DNA of 64,000 nt from Eledone cirrhosa (taxonomy: Eukaryota). This document shows, piece after piece, positions 27,770-41,099 of the stretch. Within the stretch, counting starts at the first letter, position 1; every line of letters begins with the position of its first letter. Position numbers and translations under genes: made by a program. The notes under the pieces were generated by a model. That model saw only the letters and a list, made by a program, of their open reading frames with translations. It had not been told where the DNA came from and did not search any database. The stretch is taken from contig OZ024740.1 of NCBI GenBank assembly GCA_964016885.1, forward strand, positions 174,530,001 to 174,594,000, written 5' to 3'.

Positions 27770-30700
27770 GATGTAGAGTAAAGGCCCATTCACACGGGCC
27801 ATTCTCGCCACTTTCACCCACCTTTCATAAAAACGACTGGGGTGCAGCACCTCTCTCTCCATCCTGATCCTTCTTCCGAAATGATATCGGAAGAAACGGA
27901 CCAGTTGTTGGCCAGAGAGAAAGGTGTCTGTCCTCAGTCATTTCAGACGCGTCCACCATACAACCTCTTTCGCCATGGCTATTACGCACAGAAACACCGC
28001 CTCTCCTTCGTTTTTGAAGAGGAGAGGCGGCTTGATCGTTACAATAGACTCGGTGGTCAACCGGATCGGTCCCACCCTTGATAGCAGTTGTTCGACATAG
28101 CCCCACAGATCGGCAATGCCCGAGCAGTGTACCAATGCGTGTGCAACGGTTTCCTCGTCGCACACGCATCTGGGACAGATCTTTTTCGAGGGGTCCCTAC
28201 CCGGGCGCCCGTGTCTGTAGAGCCTTTCTCGAACGGGCAGAGCCCCACGGTAGCACTGCCAGGCCAGGGACCTCTGGAAGTTATCCATGGGTCCCGGGCT
28301 GAATGTCCTACCGAACAGGTTGGCCAAGTCGTCTTCCTCCATGCCTAAGGCTTCTCTGAGGGCGTCGTCGCACCTGCTAACCACCAGCCCTCTCTAGAAT
28401 GACGAGGTGGATTCTCCACTGACAGCCGGGTCCGCATGCCAGAGAGCCGTGAGCGCCTGGGCACACACGGTGTGCCAGGTGCCCAGTTTTCTCGGTCTTT
28501 GCTTGACCCAGGATTGCAGCTCGGTGAGTGAGACGAATCTGGGAAAGGCTCGCCTCACAAACGGGGCCCACACCGGTTGGCCGGTGAGGAATACCTGGAG
28601 GTGCCGTAGCCTTAATGCGAGTTTACGTATCATTAGCCACGGCATCCCCAGCCCTCCTTTCGAAGGGTGTTGACAGCAGATGGATCTCCTCACCATAGGA
28701 GCCCGCTTCTTCCAAAGGAATTGGAAGAGTGCGTGCTCCATTTTGGCGAGCGTTTCCCTTGGGCAAGGCACAACGGTCAGGCGGTAGTAGATGACGGACG
28801 CTATATAAGTGTTCGTCACCTCCGCCCGACCTTTCAGGGACAGTTTGCACTCATCCCACTTCTGGGTCAGTGCAGACACCCTGTTCGTTACCTCACCCCA
28901 GTTCTTCTCCACCTGGAGGTCTGGTCCGAACCAGACCCCGAGCAACTTCACCGGGCCCTCCGTCCAGCGCCCGACGACGCCATCGGAGGGCATCGATCTG
29001 CCCCTCCACGTGCCGAGTTGCAGACCGATCGACTTGTCCCGGTTCAGCTTAGCCGCTGTAAACCTTTCGTACTCCTCCAGTAAGGTGCCTATCGCCCCGA
29101 TTTCCGAGGCCGTCGACACCATTACTGTTACGTCATCGGCGTAGGACGACACCGCTTTCCGCAATCCCGGTTCCAACGGGATGCCCTGCAACAACTCCAA
29201 CTTCCGCAGCAGTGGCTCTAGAGTCATTACATACAGAAGGGAGGAGAGAGGGAACCCTTGTCGGATGGACCGTGCGATTTCGAACGGCTCTTAGAGGTAG
29301 CCGTTCACCTTGACCCTAGAGCAAATGCGGCTGCTGTGCATGGCATTGATCCAGCCCCTGAAAATGGGTCCCAAGCCTGCCGCCGCTAGCACCGCATCCA
29401 GGTAACCATGGTCGACCCTATCGAACGCCTTAGATTGATCCAAGTTGATCAGGGCCCCACCAAAGCCGGGTTCGTTCCCAACCCTCTCTATGATGTATCG
29501 CATGAGGTGGAGGTTGTCGTGGATGGACCTGGACGGGATAGCACATGTCTGCGCCTCTCCCACCAGGTTGCCCAAGACAAGCGCCAACCTCTTTGCTAGC
29601 ACCTTGGCCAAAATTTGTAACTCTGTATTTAGCAGAGTTATGGGCCTGAAATTATTTATATCGTCCCCCTTGTTCTCGTCCTTCCTCACTAGCGTGACTA
29701 CGCTTCGGTCACAGCACAGGGAATTCTCCCGTTCTGTTGCCAGTTGCAGTAGACCGCCTCGAGGAGATCGGGGAACAAGTCCGGCATAGCTAGATATAGT
29801 TCGTATGGAAGACCATCGAGACCCGGGAATTTGCGTTTGCCGCATTGGCTCAGCACGTCCTCTATCTCAGCGGCTGAAATCGGCTCCTCGCAGGACTTCG
29901 CCTCCCTGTCCGAGAGACGCGGCAGGCCGTCGAGGTATGGACCGAAGTCCACTTCCCCAACCGGCTCCCCGCCCCTTCCGAACAATCTTGCAAAGTGCTT
30001 TTGAAAAGCCTCGCACATCTGCTTAGGTTCAAGGATCACCCGTCCATCCTGGTCTCGCAAAGACCGGATAGTGGATCTACTCCCTCTTTTGGCTTCTGTC
30101 ACGCGGGCCCAGCTAACAGCTTTGGTCCCCTCGTTTCCCAGAGCACGTATTTTGCTTCGGACGATGCAGCCTTCGTGTTTCGCGTCGAAGAACTGGCCCA
30201 GGGCCGTTCTCGACGCTAGCATTCTGGCCACGTCGCCGCCTCTAATTGCCTCTTCTACACTATCTATTTCTATCCCTTTCCTTCCTATTTCTATTTGAGG
30301 CTAACTCCTTACTAAATTCTATAGAGACTACTCTAATCTCTCTTTTGAGAGATCCCCACCACCTGCTGTTGACGATGGCGCCCGTCAACCGCTCCTTAAC
30401 TAAAATGCTAATCCGGTCCCTGTAAGCCTTACTTGCCGGTAAGGACAAGTTGAGCTTCCAGTAACCGGGTCTCTGTCTATGCGTTCTGTCAAGGTTGACC
30501 ATGCAGGTCACTAACTTGTGGTCTGAATAGCCAGCCATGCGCATTTTTTGACAACTTAAACAGTCCTTATCCTTATTTCTAACTAAGAACCTATCTAGGT
30601 ACGACCTAGATGATCCGCTGCGGTTTGCCCAAGTCCAGGTTGGCGCAGTCGGAAAATCTAGTCGATGTCTATCGGCCAGGTCAAATCGACCGATTAACCC

Positions 30701-31198
30701 TTTGAGGCTATTACACCCCACTCTATCGGGACAGGCCCTTACGTAGTCCCAACGTGCATCTAGGATACCATTCCAGTCCCCCACTAATTGCAAGGAGCGG
30801 GACGTCCCTAGAAAAGTCTCTAGACGATGGAAGAAGTCCGGCCGCATTGACCCGAAAGGGCCGTAGACGGCTACCAGCCTAAACGCTCCGCCTTCACCAC
30901 TGCTAAGGTCCAGAACCACTAGTCGACCCTCCGGGTCCAAATGTACCGTCTGTGTTGCGAGACCCAGATGTTTTTGCAGCAGAACGACAACCCCACCCCC
31001 ACCTCCGGGCTGACAGAGAGATGCGTGCATCTCAAAGTCATCAAAGGTGGGGGCCAGCTGTCGCACGTTGCTGATCCGGGCCTCGCAATTAACCAACACA
31101 TCAATACGTTGTGACCTGAGGTCATTTAGCAGCATTGCTTGCTTCCAAGTTGAGCCCAGGCCACGCGCATTTAGACAGCCTACTCTTAGCATAGCCAT
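27770..31198 (-). pseudogene. Tx1-like ORF2 (APE endonuclease, reverse transcriptase, zf-RVT), several frameshifts
   Basis: GCLNARGL, VGDWNG, SYLDRF, YSDH (APE); PGLDGLPYE, FRPITLLN, LDQSKAFDRVDH, SYADDV (RT); CPRCVCDEETVAHALVHC. Confidence 0.9.
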
Positions 31199-31222
31199 GT
31201 TGGTGGTGAAGAGAAAAGGCAC

Positions 31223-33130
31223 TTACCTCTCTGCGTCCCGGGTATCGGGCTGCACAATTTCCATGGGGGTGTTGGAGGGTATGTTTGATGGGATGGTGGT
31301 TTCTGGCGGGGTGGGGACGGAGGTGTTTGGTGGGGAAGGGGTGTCTGGTGGGATGGGGATGACTTGAGTGGGGGTGCCTGTGGTGGGGAGGCCTTTGTAG
31401 AGGACGCGGTTGATTGGTTTCACGAAGGAATTCCCCACGTCCTCTACAAATGTTTCTTTTAGGGATCTATAAGTTCTTATAGGGACCCTGATCAATTTTA
31501 GGTTCATTTTTTTGTTTTTGTTGGAGCTATCCAAAGTTTTCCCTTCGGTTTTGACCAAAGGGTTGTTTCTGATGGTCTCCATCAGTGTTCTATTTTCTTC
31601 GTTTATGTAAGTGTATGTGTACTTTTCCTGTGTTGTGTTTGTTTTTGTCTGTGGTTCCTGCATGTGTTTTTTCTTTGTTGTGGGTGTTTTGTTTTCGGGA
31701 GGGGGAACTTTTGTTTGTGATTTTTGTGCTGTTTGTGCTGGTGTTTGTGTGTTTGTTTCGTTTTTGTTCATGCGGTTCTTTCTTTTTATTCTTTTGACGG
31801 GTTGGAAGGGTTTCCTCATCGCCGCTGGGTGCCGTCAATAGGGGTTCCTCATCCGTGTTGATGGGTAGGGGTATGTTCTGGGGTTCTGTAGTGTCTGTGT
31901 TTGTTTTTGTATTTGTTTTGGGTGAGGAGGGGTTGGGTGGGATAGTGTTCTCTGTTGTTTTTTCTTGTCATGGTGGTGGTGGTGGTTGTGTTGTTATTTG
32001 TGGTGTTGGTAAAAGTGGGGTTTTTTTTGTCAATTGAGGACAAGCAGCCCTTAGGTGACCTCTGCTTGCGCAGTGGTAACATGCGGGCCGCCTACCCTCA
32101 ACCGAAATGTTTATGTAGGTCTGTCCATCCAGAGGTACTCACTGTGAGATTTTCATTATACGTTCTGGGATCATCTGCACCAGAATTTCGACGCTAGTCC
32201 CACTAAATATATCTCTGGAGGATTTTCCTACTGAGATCAAAGTGTCTTGTTCAAAGTCAATTAGGCCATAAAATATCCACCAAATATCTACTTTGGGTCT
32301 TATGCATGTAATTTTTATTTTTTGCGTTCTTTTTCCCATGTATGTAGGGAAAAATGTAAAATGGGTGGACACAGTGGGCGCGATGGAATATTTTTGTGCT
32401 GTTATGTTGTTTTTCATTAGCACCGAGATGCTGCCGAAAAGTTTGGCTTTCTGAATAAATAAAATGTTATCCATGTGGTTCCTTAAAACTAGCTCAATCT
32501 CACTCTGAGATAGTTGAGCTGGATTTTTGATGCATTTGAGATTGTCCTGAAAACCACCGTGTTCAGGGCATTTTCTCTCCTTAGTTCTTGTGGTGAACTT
32601 ATGCTAAATGACCCATTAGGTCCAAAAGTCACATATTGTTTAGCTTCTTCCAACTTTTGTTTCGCGTTGGTTAAATCCAAAAGTTGAAATATTTCCGTTT
32701 TTTTTACGGTATCAGCAAAAGAAATTTTGCTGTTGTTGTCTTTCTTGTTGTTGTTGTCACTGTTGTTTGTATTTTCTTTGGTGTTTGTGTTGACATTTTT
32801 TTCTTTTTGATTGGTATTGTTGGATGTGTTTTCAATTTTTTCATTTTCTGTATTTTTTGGTGTCTGTTGTGGGCTGTTATTTTCATTTTTTGTTGTGTGA
32901 ATTTCCATTTCTTTACGAAGGGAAGTGTTTACTACATATATATATCTTTCTGTGTGTGAATACATGTGACGTTTATGACGTCAGGCGTGTTCAGTTCCAC
33001 TTCTAGATGTTGAGGCGATGATGTTGGCCTTTCTTTGTTCATGTCTGCTACTACCTGCTGGTCAAGTAGGCATGGCTTTCCCTTCCCATTTTCTTGTTTT
33101 GGCAAAGAAGTAGGTACTTCGGCCATTTTT
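31223..33130 (-). pseudogene. Tx1-like ORF1 (gag-like), frameshifted
   Basis: Minus strand ~32030-32135 translates to ISVEGRRPACYHCASRGHLRAACPQL (CCHC knuckle), with N/K/T-rich low-complexity flanks. Stop at 31223 lies just before the ORF2 ATG. Confidence 0.75.
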
Positions 33131-33340
33131 TTTTTAAATGTACTGTTTTGCAAAAATATTTTGGATGTTTTTGCCCTGAGGGGCACGATATTTTGGAGGA
33201 CTGACCAGATCAAAATTTGACCTGTCAGTCCCTCTACAAATTGGTATAAAATTAAAAGTTCGCAATGACGAATTTCTAAGGAAATTTAAACAAAACTTAC
33301 CGAGCAAGTTTAACACGTGTCCATCCCAAGGGAAACGTTT

Positions 33341-33413
<73 letters not shown>

Positions 33414-33416
<3 letters not shown>

Positions 33417-33578
33417 CAAAGAAAGTGTGGTAAGAAACCAGGTGGACCATAACGCACCAGAGTACTCGATACTTAGAGTAGTAGAGTGGGTAATAGGAAG
33501 AGAGTCAGGACCTGTTCGGATCTAACTATCGAAACGACCAGAGCTCAACCGTCGGGGTCCTGACTCTTTTCCTGTTAG
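33414..33578. mobile_element. Family B foldback
   Basis: aggaagagagtcaggacc / ggtcctgactctttttcct, with GAAACGACCAGAGCUCAACCGUC-GGGGUC. Confidence 0.65.
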
Positions 33579-34174
33579 ATAGATACATAGATAGACAGAT
33601 AAATAGATAGATATATAAAGAGATTGTGTGTATGCGTGTGGGAGAGAGGATGATAGCGATTTTTTTTTATATAGATGAACTTTTGTGTTATATTACATTT
33701 ACGTCACTACAAAAGTCACTTATTTGCAAGATCTAATGTATGATTTCAAATATGTTATTTTTGTCAGATATGCAATGATATTAAAGGGTTGAGATTAATA
33801 TAGACTGCTTCGAATACAATTGTTTCCACTCCGCCTCATCTTTATTCAGATGATTGTCATGTTGGGTCAATCAACGAACATCTTTTACTTACGTTTTAAC
33901 TTAATTCGTGTCCACTCAGGTAAATCGATAATACAACTATAACATTTTCAGGTCAGGTTCTATATTTTTCATCATATACACTGCCAAATATTTTTTTCTT
34001 TCTATCTATTGTTGAGAATAGCTTACTTCCTCAAGGGAATTCTTGCAATATGTTTAGGAAAAAAAATCTATTTTCGTTCAGCAAAATTTTTAACGGAGAC
34101 ACCAGAAACAGTGATCGTCTGGTGACCATGTAAATTGTTTATTTTGTCTGCCTACATATATACACTCAAATATC

Positions 34175-34249
<75 letters not shown>

Positions 34250-34496
34250 CTCTCTCTCTCTTTATATATATATATATATATATAAATATATATATGTATA
34301 TGTATATGTATATATATATATATACGTATGTATATGTGTGCGCATAGGTGCAAAAATGACGCCGAGGAAAGAGCAACAATGTAAATAAATGTAGTTATTA
34401 AGTTGACAATTTGGGAATAGAAATAGAAGGTTCTTTGACGCTTGACCATAGTGTTTACTTTGTCTACATTTTGCACATATATAGAGACATTCATGC

Positions 34497-34552
<56 letters not shown>

Positions 34553-34592
34553 GATATTAATAAATGGAAACTATATTTATAAAACCATATTT

Positions 34593-34655
34593 ATTTCATT
34601 ATATATATTTCAAGGATACCAAGTTACATTATGGTATGTCTTCATCAGACAAAAT
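34593..34655 (-). ncRNA. Minimal HHR (left arm)
   Basis: AUUUUGU-CUGAUGA-AGACAUACCA..UGGUAUCCUU-GAAA-UAUAUA-UA-AUGAAAU. Confidence 0.75.
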
Positions 34656-34756
34656 ACAATATATAACAGTTTTATAAATAGACATTGACGTACCCCTTTA
34701 AAAATTGACCGTTGCTTTTGGAGGCCATCATTATTTATAAAACTGTTATATATTGT

Positions 34757-34819
34757 ATTTTGTCTGATGAAGGCATACCATAATGTAACTTGGTATCCTT
34801 GAAATATATATAATGAAAT
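34757..34819 (+). ncRNA. Minimal HHR (right arm)
   Basis: AUUUUGU-CUGAUGA-AGGCAUACCA..UGGUAUCCUU-GAAA-UAUAUA-UA-AUGAAAU. Confidence 0.8.
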
Positions 34820-34991
34820 AAATATGGTTTTATAAATATAGTTTCCATTTATTAATATCGTATATCTACTCCAAATATTTATCGAGTGCTTTATATCAGT
34901 TATAAAAATATTTGCTTGTTGTATCCCAACAATTTAAATAGAACTTTTGCATATATATATATATATAAAATAAAATAATTAAGTCATATGT

Positions 34992-35035
<44 letters not shown>

Positions 35036-35083
35036 AAATAATTAAGTCAATATTTAAAATTTGGCTTCGTTTATTAAAGGTGT

Positions 35084-35138
35084 ACAGCTATATATATTTC
35101 GGTGACAGCCATCCTTGGCTGTGACCTCTTCAGGCAGT
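35084..35138 (-). ncRNA. Minimal HHR (left arm, one stem I mismatch)
   Basis: ACUGC-CUGAAGA-GGUCACAGCCA-AGGA-UGGCUGUCACC-GAAA-UAUAUA-UA-GCUGU. Confidence 0.75.
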
Positions 35139-35342
35139 CCGAATTGGTGTGGTAGAGACAGGTATACATGTTGTTGAGGTGTTTAACTCCGTCAATACAT
35201 CGATATGCCCAGTTCCTGGTTGGGTTGTTATTTCTCTGAGGAACTGGAATCATATTCGAACCCAACCAGGAACTGGGCATATCGATGTATTGAGTTAAAC
35301 ACCTCATCAACATGTATACCTGTCTCTACCACACCAATTCGG

Positions 35343-35397
35343 ACTGCCTGAAGAGGTCACAGCCAATGATGGCTGTCACCGAAATATATATAGCAGT
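35343..35397 (+). ncRNA. Minimal HHR (right arm, canonical)
   Basis: ACUGC-CUGAAGA-GGUCACAGCCA-AUGA-UGGCUGUCACC-GAAA-UAUAUA-UA-GCAGU. Confidence 0.85.
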
Positions 35398-35542
35398 ACA
35401 CCTTTAAACCAAAGCCAAATTTTAAATAGTTGACTTAATTATTTTATTTTACATTACTCCGGAGTAACCAAACCAACCTGCGTACTTCGTCGAGTGGTCC
35501 ATTCTGCATACTGAGGTGTCGGTAAACAGCCAACATATACTT

Positions 35543-35608
<66 letters not shown>

Positions 35609-36214
35609 TTTTTGAAGTTCTGGTCAACTTTATTTAGTTACCTACCTAGCTATGTGTGGTTACACACTTGTACAAATTATCTCCTGTGATTATTCATGTT
35701 TATTTATATGTTAATCAATCTCTAGTTATCATGATCTATAAAGATCAGTGTATGGTCATGTTTCTTTGTTATAGAAATCTACGATATAGAATTTTTTCAA
35801 TTGAAATTTACAATTCAGTATTCGAAATAGCTTCAATTGGATCATGGCACATATATTATTTTCAATTTCACCTACAATTACGCAAAAAATCGATAAAACT
35901 CCATATTTTACGATTTAACTCTCTCATTTCAACTGGTTATCTCTTTCCATTACCCTTCAAAATCTATACAACTTCATACTTTCTGCTACTTTCTCTTTCC
36001 AAGCTGAAACAACACATAAAATGAAACTAAATTATTCTTTTCATTTTACATTGTTCATGTTGATGGTGATACTGTTCGTTTTACTCTCTCATATCATCTG
36101 CCTACCTCTATCTACAACCCACACATTTTGTACTTTTATACTAAATTTGGTTTATTCACCGTTAGCAGTTACGCGTATCTTTTAAAAATGTGAGTTACAT
36201 GTTTTTCAATCGTT

Positions 36215-37047
36215 CCTCGGTCTAAGTTTTAGTTGTTTCAAACTTACTGATTTATTTCCAAACGCATACAAACACACACTCACTTCAAATGATAAAAAAA
36301 AACATTTAAAGAAATTAAACAACGTGCGTGATTTATAACCACACTAACTTTTAGTTGCTTCAAACTTAATGATTTATTTCCAAATACATACAAACACACA
36401 CTCACATAAATTGATAAAAAAAAATGTAAAGCAATTAAACAACGTGCGGGATTTATAACCACAAATACACACTTCATTAAAAAATAAACTAATAATTTGC
36501 GACAATTCTTTTCTTTAAATCGTAAAATTAAACGACATAATTATTTTCATTTTCGGCTGTTAATTTTCATGGGGATACTAATACCCTTACATTTCAACTC
36601 ATACACTTTACAGACTAAACAACAAAAACATTAGCCACATTAACGTACAATTTCGTTTATTCTAAATGTGAGTCTTCCAACTGATTTATTTATTTGCAAA
36701 CACATACAAACACACACTCACATCAAATGAATAATTAAACTTTAAATCAATTTAACCACGTGCCGGATTTCTAACCACACATACACACTTCATTAACAAA
36801 TAAAAATTCTAGTTTGCGACAATTATTTTCTTTCAATCGTAAAATCAAACGACATAATTATTTTCATTTTCGGTTGTTAATCTTCATGGGGATAATACTA
36901 CCATTTCACATCATGTGAGTTAACAAATAATTTTTTAAAACACTATTTGCAGACTTCCTTAAACAACAAGATCAATTGCGTAGCCGGTATTTATTATGTA
37001 GCCGGTAAAGCTATTCAGCCCCGAGCAACGCCGGGCACTTCTGCTAG
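36215..37047 (+). mobile_element. Non-autonomous Helitron 3' part with internal tandem repeats (5' boundary uncertain)
   Basis: Subterminal hairpin cccgagcaacgccggg followed by cacttctgCTAG|T (37044-48). ~115-bp and ~340-bp internal direct repeats. Confidence 0.7.
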
Positions 37048-37109
<62 letters not shown>

Positions 37110-37393
37110 CCCGTAAATGGCTGACTGAAACACACGTGCTTTTTCTCTAAAAAATGTTTGTTCTGTTCTTTCCACTTCTCAATCTCTCTCATTCCATTTC
37201 ATCTATTATTTTTCATTCTACTTTCTGCTGAAGCCCTGGTGTCCGAAACGTAAAAACACATTGCCTACTATACCAAGGTCCATTTTCCCAAAATAGGTGA
37301 CTGAAACAAACGTGCCTTTTCCTCCCAAATTTTCTTTTCCGTTCCTATCTTTCCTTTTTATATCATCTTTTATTATATACATGCACACACACA

Positions 37394-37494
<101 letters not shown>

Positions 37495-37702
37495 GTATAT
37501 ATATATTACTTTTTCCAAGAGCAAGAGAGATTATACATACATATGTATATATATGTATAAATATCAAGTAAGTATGTTTTGAAACAGTGAGCAGGTTTGA
37601 AATTAGAAAATAGAATAGCTTTCACCGTATTTTTGACTAAAGGAATTTTAGCCTGATAATGGGGTTTAGAACCCTCAGATAAATGGAAAAAGATGAGTAT
37701 TC

Positions 37703-37811
<109 letters not shown>

Positions 37812-37812
37812 G

Positions 37813-37855
<43 letters not shown>

Positions 37856-37888
37856 TAATAGAATACTCATCTGTTTATATATATATAT

Positions 37889-38440
37889 ATGGTGGCTGCC
37901 AACTCGTTTTCGAGTGCGGCCACTACTTTATATCCATGTAGGAGAACTCCTACCGATGCGCTGAACGAGTGTGATATTTTAGTCCAGCCAGCGACTTGAA
38001 AACTCTGGTACAAACACTACACTTGTGACAATTATTGACACATAGTGCTGGGCCTATGGTACCATGTGACGACAAGTGCAGAGAGATCTCCAGATATAAA
38101 GCAATGCCTGTGCCGTGAAGCTTTTATAGTGAGCAAAGGCACTGCACAAAGCCAGTCCCACTCTCTTAACCAAGATGATATTTACCAAAAAGAAGAACAA
38201 GTCAACATCATTGGATACCATCAGAGTTGCAGGTGTTATATCAGAGTTTTCCTTCTCCTAGAATTCTGCCTTGACAAAGGCTAAGGGGTCATCTCTCCCG
38301 GTGATTTTGGATGGCCATTGACTCTTAAGAGCTCCTTTGCCCTTTGACAGGTTTTGTTTTTTGTCCTGCAGGATGTCCAAAGTCACCCTCCTCACCAAGA
38401 AACCTTGGTGGGGTTGCCAGTTTAGTCGCCAACGACCCGA
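37889..38440 (-). mobile_element. Non-autonomous RTE-derived element (copies at 46114-46567 + and 49744-50382 -)
   Basis: RTE-type 5' motif ggagaaggaaaactctgatataac joined to an ORF-end remnant ([23 protein letters not shown]). All three copies end at ...ggcagccaccat followed by a microsatellite. Confidence 0.65.
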
Positions 38441-38510
38441 CATACATACATACATACATACATACATACATACATACATACATACATACATACATACATA
38501 CATACATACA

Positions 38511-38544
<34 letters not shown>

Positions 38545-39333
38545 CATATATACATATATATATGTGTGTGTGTGATAGAGAGATAAATAAAGTTAGAAAA
38601 AAAGAGAAGACGGAGAAAAAAAAATGAAAAAAAAAGACATCAAACTGTCAAACAGACATGCAGGCAAATATTGCTGTAAGACAGAATGAAATTGAGGAGA
38701 AAACCAAAATACAGAAAACAAAGTTACTTTAATTAAAAGAATAATTACTTCTTATTGGCAAAAAAAATCGATAATATGCATAGATATATTATAAATAGAA
38801 TTCCCATTAGTGATAAAGACTTACTGCCGCTTATTGTGAATTTGTGAATGCATGGGCAACCGCGACAGACTAATAGATAGACAAATAGATAAATTATTAA
38901 AGCAATGAACTGAAAACGAATGAAAGTCTTGTGAAATATCACCTTAAACCCATGCACACATACAAACACACATATGTAACTTCCAGCTGACTAATAACTC
39001 GTGAGTGGAATTCGATAGGCAGAAACTATACAAAATCACGTCGTGTTTACATATATGAAGCAGGTAAAATAGTAAAAGAGACTATACACATAATAAACTA
39101 ATTTATTCCGACTAGTGTCTTCATTTTGGTTGTCATATTCACAGCTTTTCAGCATTTGCTTCCTCCTGATTTCTTTGGATACCTGTCGTATTCAATAATG
39201 TTCTCGGTATTTATAGCTCTTTCTATCACATAATTACTGGTTAAATGAGCATATTGATATAATGAGGTTGTTTTGTATTTTGTTTATTTGTTTGTTATAA
39301 ATAAATCCAAAAAGAAGAAATGTAACCTCATGA

Positions 39334-40010
39334 TTATTTTGTAGTCTTACCGGATAAAATAGCGAAAGTGTTACCCCGTATGGTGGCCAGAGATGCGCTG
39401 AAAGAACAATTCAAATCGCAAAATTCTTTTTTATTGATGGCCATCTTCATTTCAACCGAAGTACGTGGGAAGATGGTTTGTGTAGCTAGGACACCAGATG
39501 ATTCCAGTGCCATGGGTTCGTCGAGAACCTTAACAGAGAGCAGCCAGTACTTCTTCAGCTTGCGATAATCAATTTGTCGGTCGACGAACCCTTGACCTGA
39601 CGCTGATTGCATAGGCTGTGTTGCATAAAATGTCGTTATAAATTGCATTCAAGATAAGGAGCTTAGAACTACGGACTAAACAAATTGGAAAGCCATCAGG
39701 CCTTTTGCTATCCCCTCGATCTAAACCCACAGGTTCCAGTTGCGATAGGAAGCCAGTTGCGCCCAAGCCGCGTTTAACGATGTCCTTGAGAGTGGCATAT
39801 CGAGGCAAGGGTAGGTGATGAGGTAGCATGAAAGCGAATGAAGTCTAAAAGAATGCTGTAGACGTGCAACATTTCTGTGACTCGCAGATTCAGAGACTAG
39901 GCCTGAGTTAAACGCCAATACAGAAACAGTTATTATGTAGCTGGGTACCAGTTGACGGCGAAGATTTGTCATTTGTCGCACTGGAGGGCGTCCCACTTGT
40001 GTTTAGCAAA
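39334..40010 (-). pseudogene. Decayed REL-endonuclease end of a CRE-like non-LTR element
   Basis: RYATLKDIVKRGL, LEPVGLDRGDSKRPDG, PMALESSGV, LATIRGNTFAIL. Confidence 0.65.
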
Positions 40011-41099
40011 TGGTTACGTCCACAGGATCAAGACTAAACCTGGGCACATTCATATACCTTGATCTTAATATGTTCTCTCGTGTTGGGAAAATCTTGTTAA
40101 TTAAAGTTCAAGAGGCCAATGAGAAAAGAAATGCTGGCAATGCTAATGTAAGAGGAACCAAAGACCAGGACTACCGTATTTACGTAGAGAGTGGCTTTTT
40201 GTCTTACTGGACGATGTATATCTCCTCCTCAATACGCCAGATGGAGTGACCGATTTCTGATTGTTGCACTGCAGAAGGTATCCCAAAGTTTTAGCATGGC
40301 AAAGTAATTCTTCAAAAGGGAATACGCATCAATAAAGCGTCTCTAATTATAAGCCCGCTACATTCCCTGGGTGATCGTAGTTTAAGCAAAACGTTACAAA
40401 CAATGTAACTAAATAATATGAGGATTACACAGGCCTCAACAACGGCATGTGAGCAGTCAGCAACCTTGGTCTAAATACAGGATTAGGTTAAACATTTTGA
40501 GAACAAGTATTTAAAGAAGGTCGGAAGGTACAAAAGCCCAAGCCCTGTGGTTATAACCAAGACGAGGACACTCATTCGAATAAATCAGTATATAATCATA
40601 AAAATTCCAAATCTCAATTATTTAGACATATGAATGTGCGTGTGTGTGTGCGCGCGCGCGTGTGATTGTGCTTCTGTGTTCATGTTTATGTTATGTCGGT
40701 CTAGAAACTGATGTTGTTTAAGTTGTGTTTATGTCACGTAATTTAGTTGTTCAATATATAGTAATTATAGTGATTGATAAAATGCAAGTACCAGATTCAA
40801 ATAAGGCAAAGATGCTATTGCTGGGGACTTGAACAGGTTTTCAAGATCACCGTTACAACCAAAATCGTCTGGTTTAGGAGCTGGAACGAAGAAAATATCC
40901 AAAAACTACTTTGCTAATTTGCTTTTCACAACACGAGACTGAGTGATGACACCTGGAAAGCCGACTGAAATTTTCATATCACAATCATATCATAAACTGA
41001 CAGTTCAGCTACTTTCTTAACACGAACATCCAGCAGAAAATCGAAGAGAGCAGAGACAATAACAAAATTACTGTTTCCGATTTCCCTTAGACCATCCTT

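Larger units (their letters stand above)
27496..33340 (-). mobile_element. Near full-length Tx1/L1-clade LINE inserted in (GATA)n
   Basis: 5' UTR, ORF1 with CCHC knuckle, ORF2 with APE-RT-zf, 3' UTR ending aaataaaaagagaat. (TAGA)n at 27478-27495 and 33341-33415. Confidence 0.9.
34551..34950. mobile_element. Family E foldback in (TA)n: arms 34551-34680 / 34732-34861, tail to ~34950
   Basis: Near-perfect 130-bp inverted arms, each with a complete HHR. Confidence 0.85.
35029..35545. mobile_element. Family F foldback in (TA)n: arms 35029-35226 / 35259-35451, tail to ~35545; homologous to 11030-11250
   Basis: ~195-bp inverted arms. Colinear similarity to the segment downstream of the Penelope ORF. 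Confidence 0.85.

Noticed and set aside
28407-30298. Plus-strand ORFs overlapping the LINE
   Set aside because: Antisense shadows of the GC-rich Tx1 ORF2.
36215-36910. Repeated blocks resembling an array or CRISPR
   Set aside because: Degenerate tandem repeats inside a Helitron, with no unique spacers and no cas genes, in a eukaryotic context.
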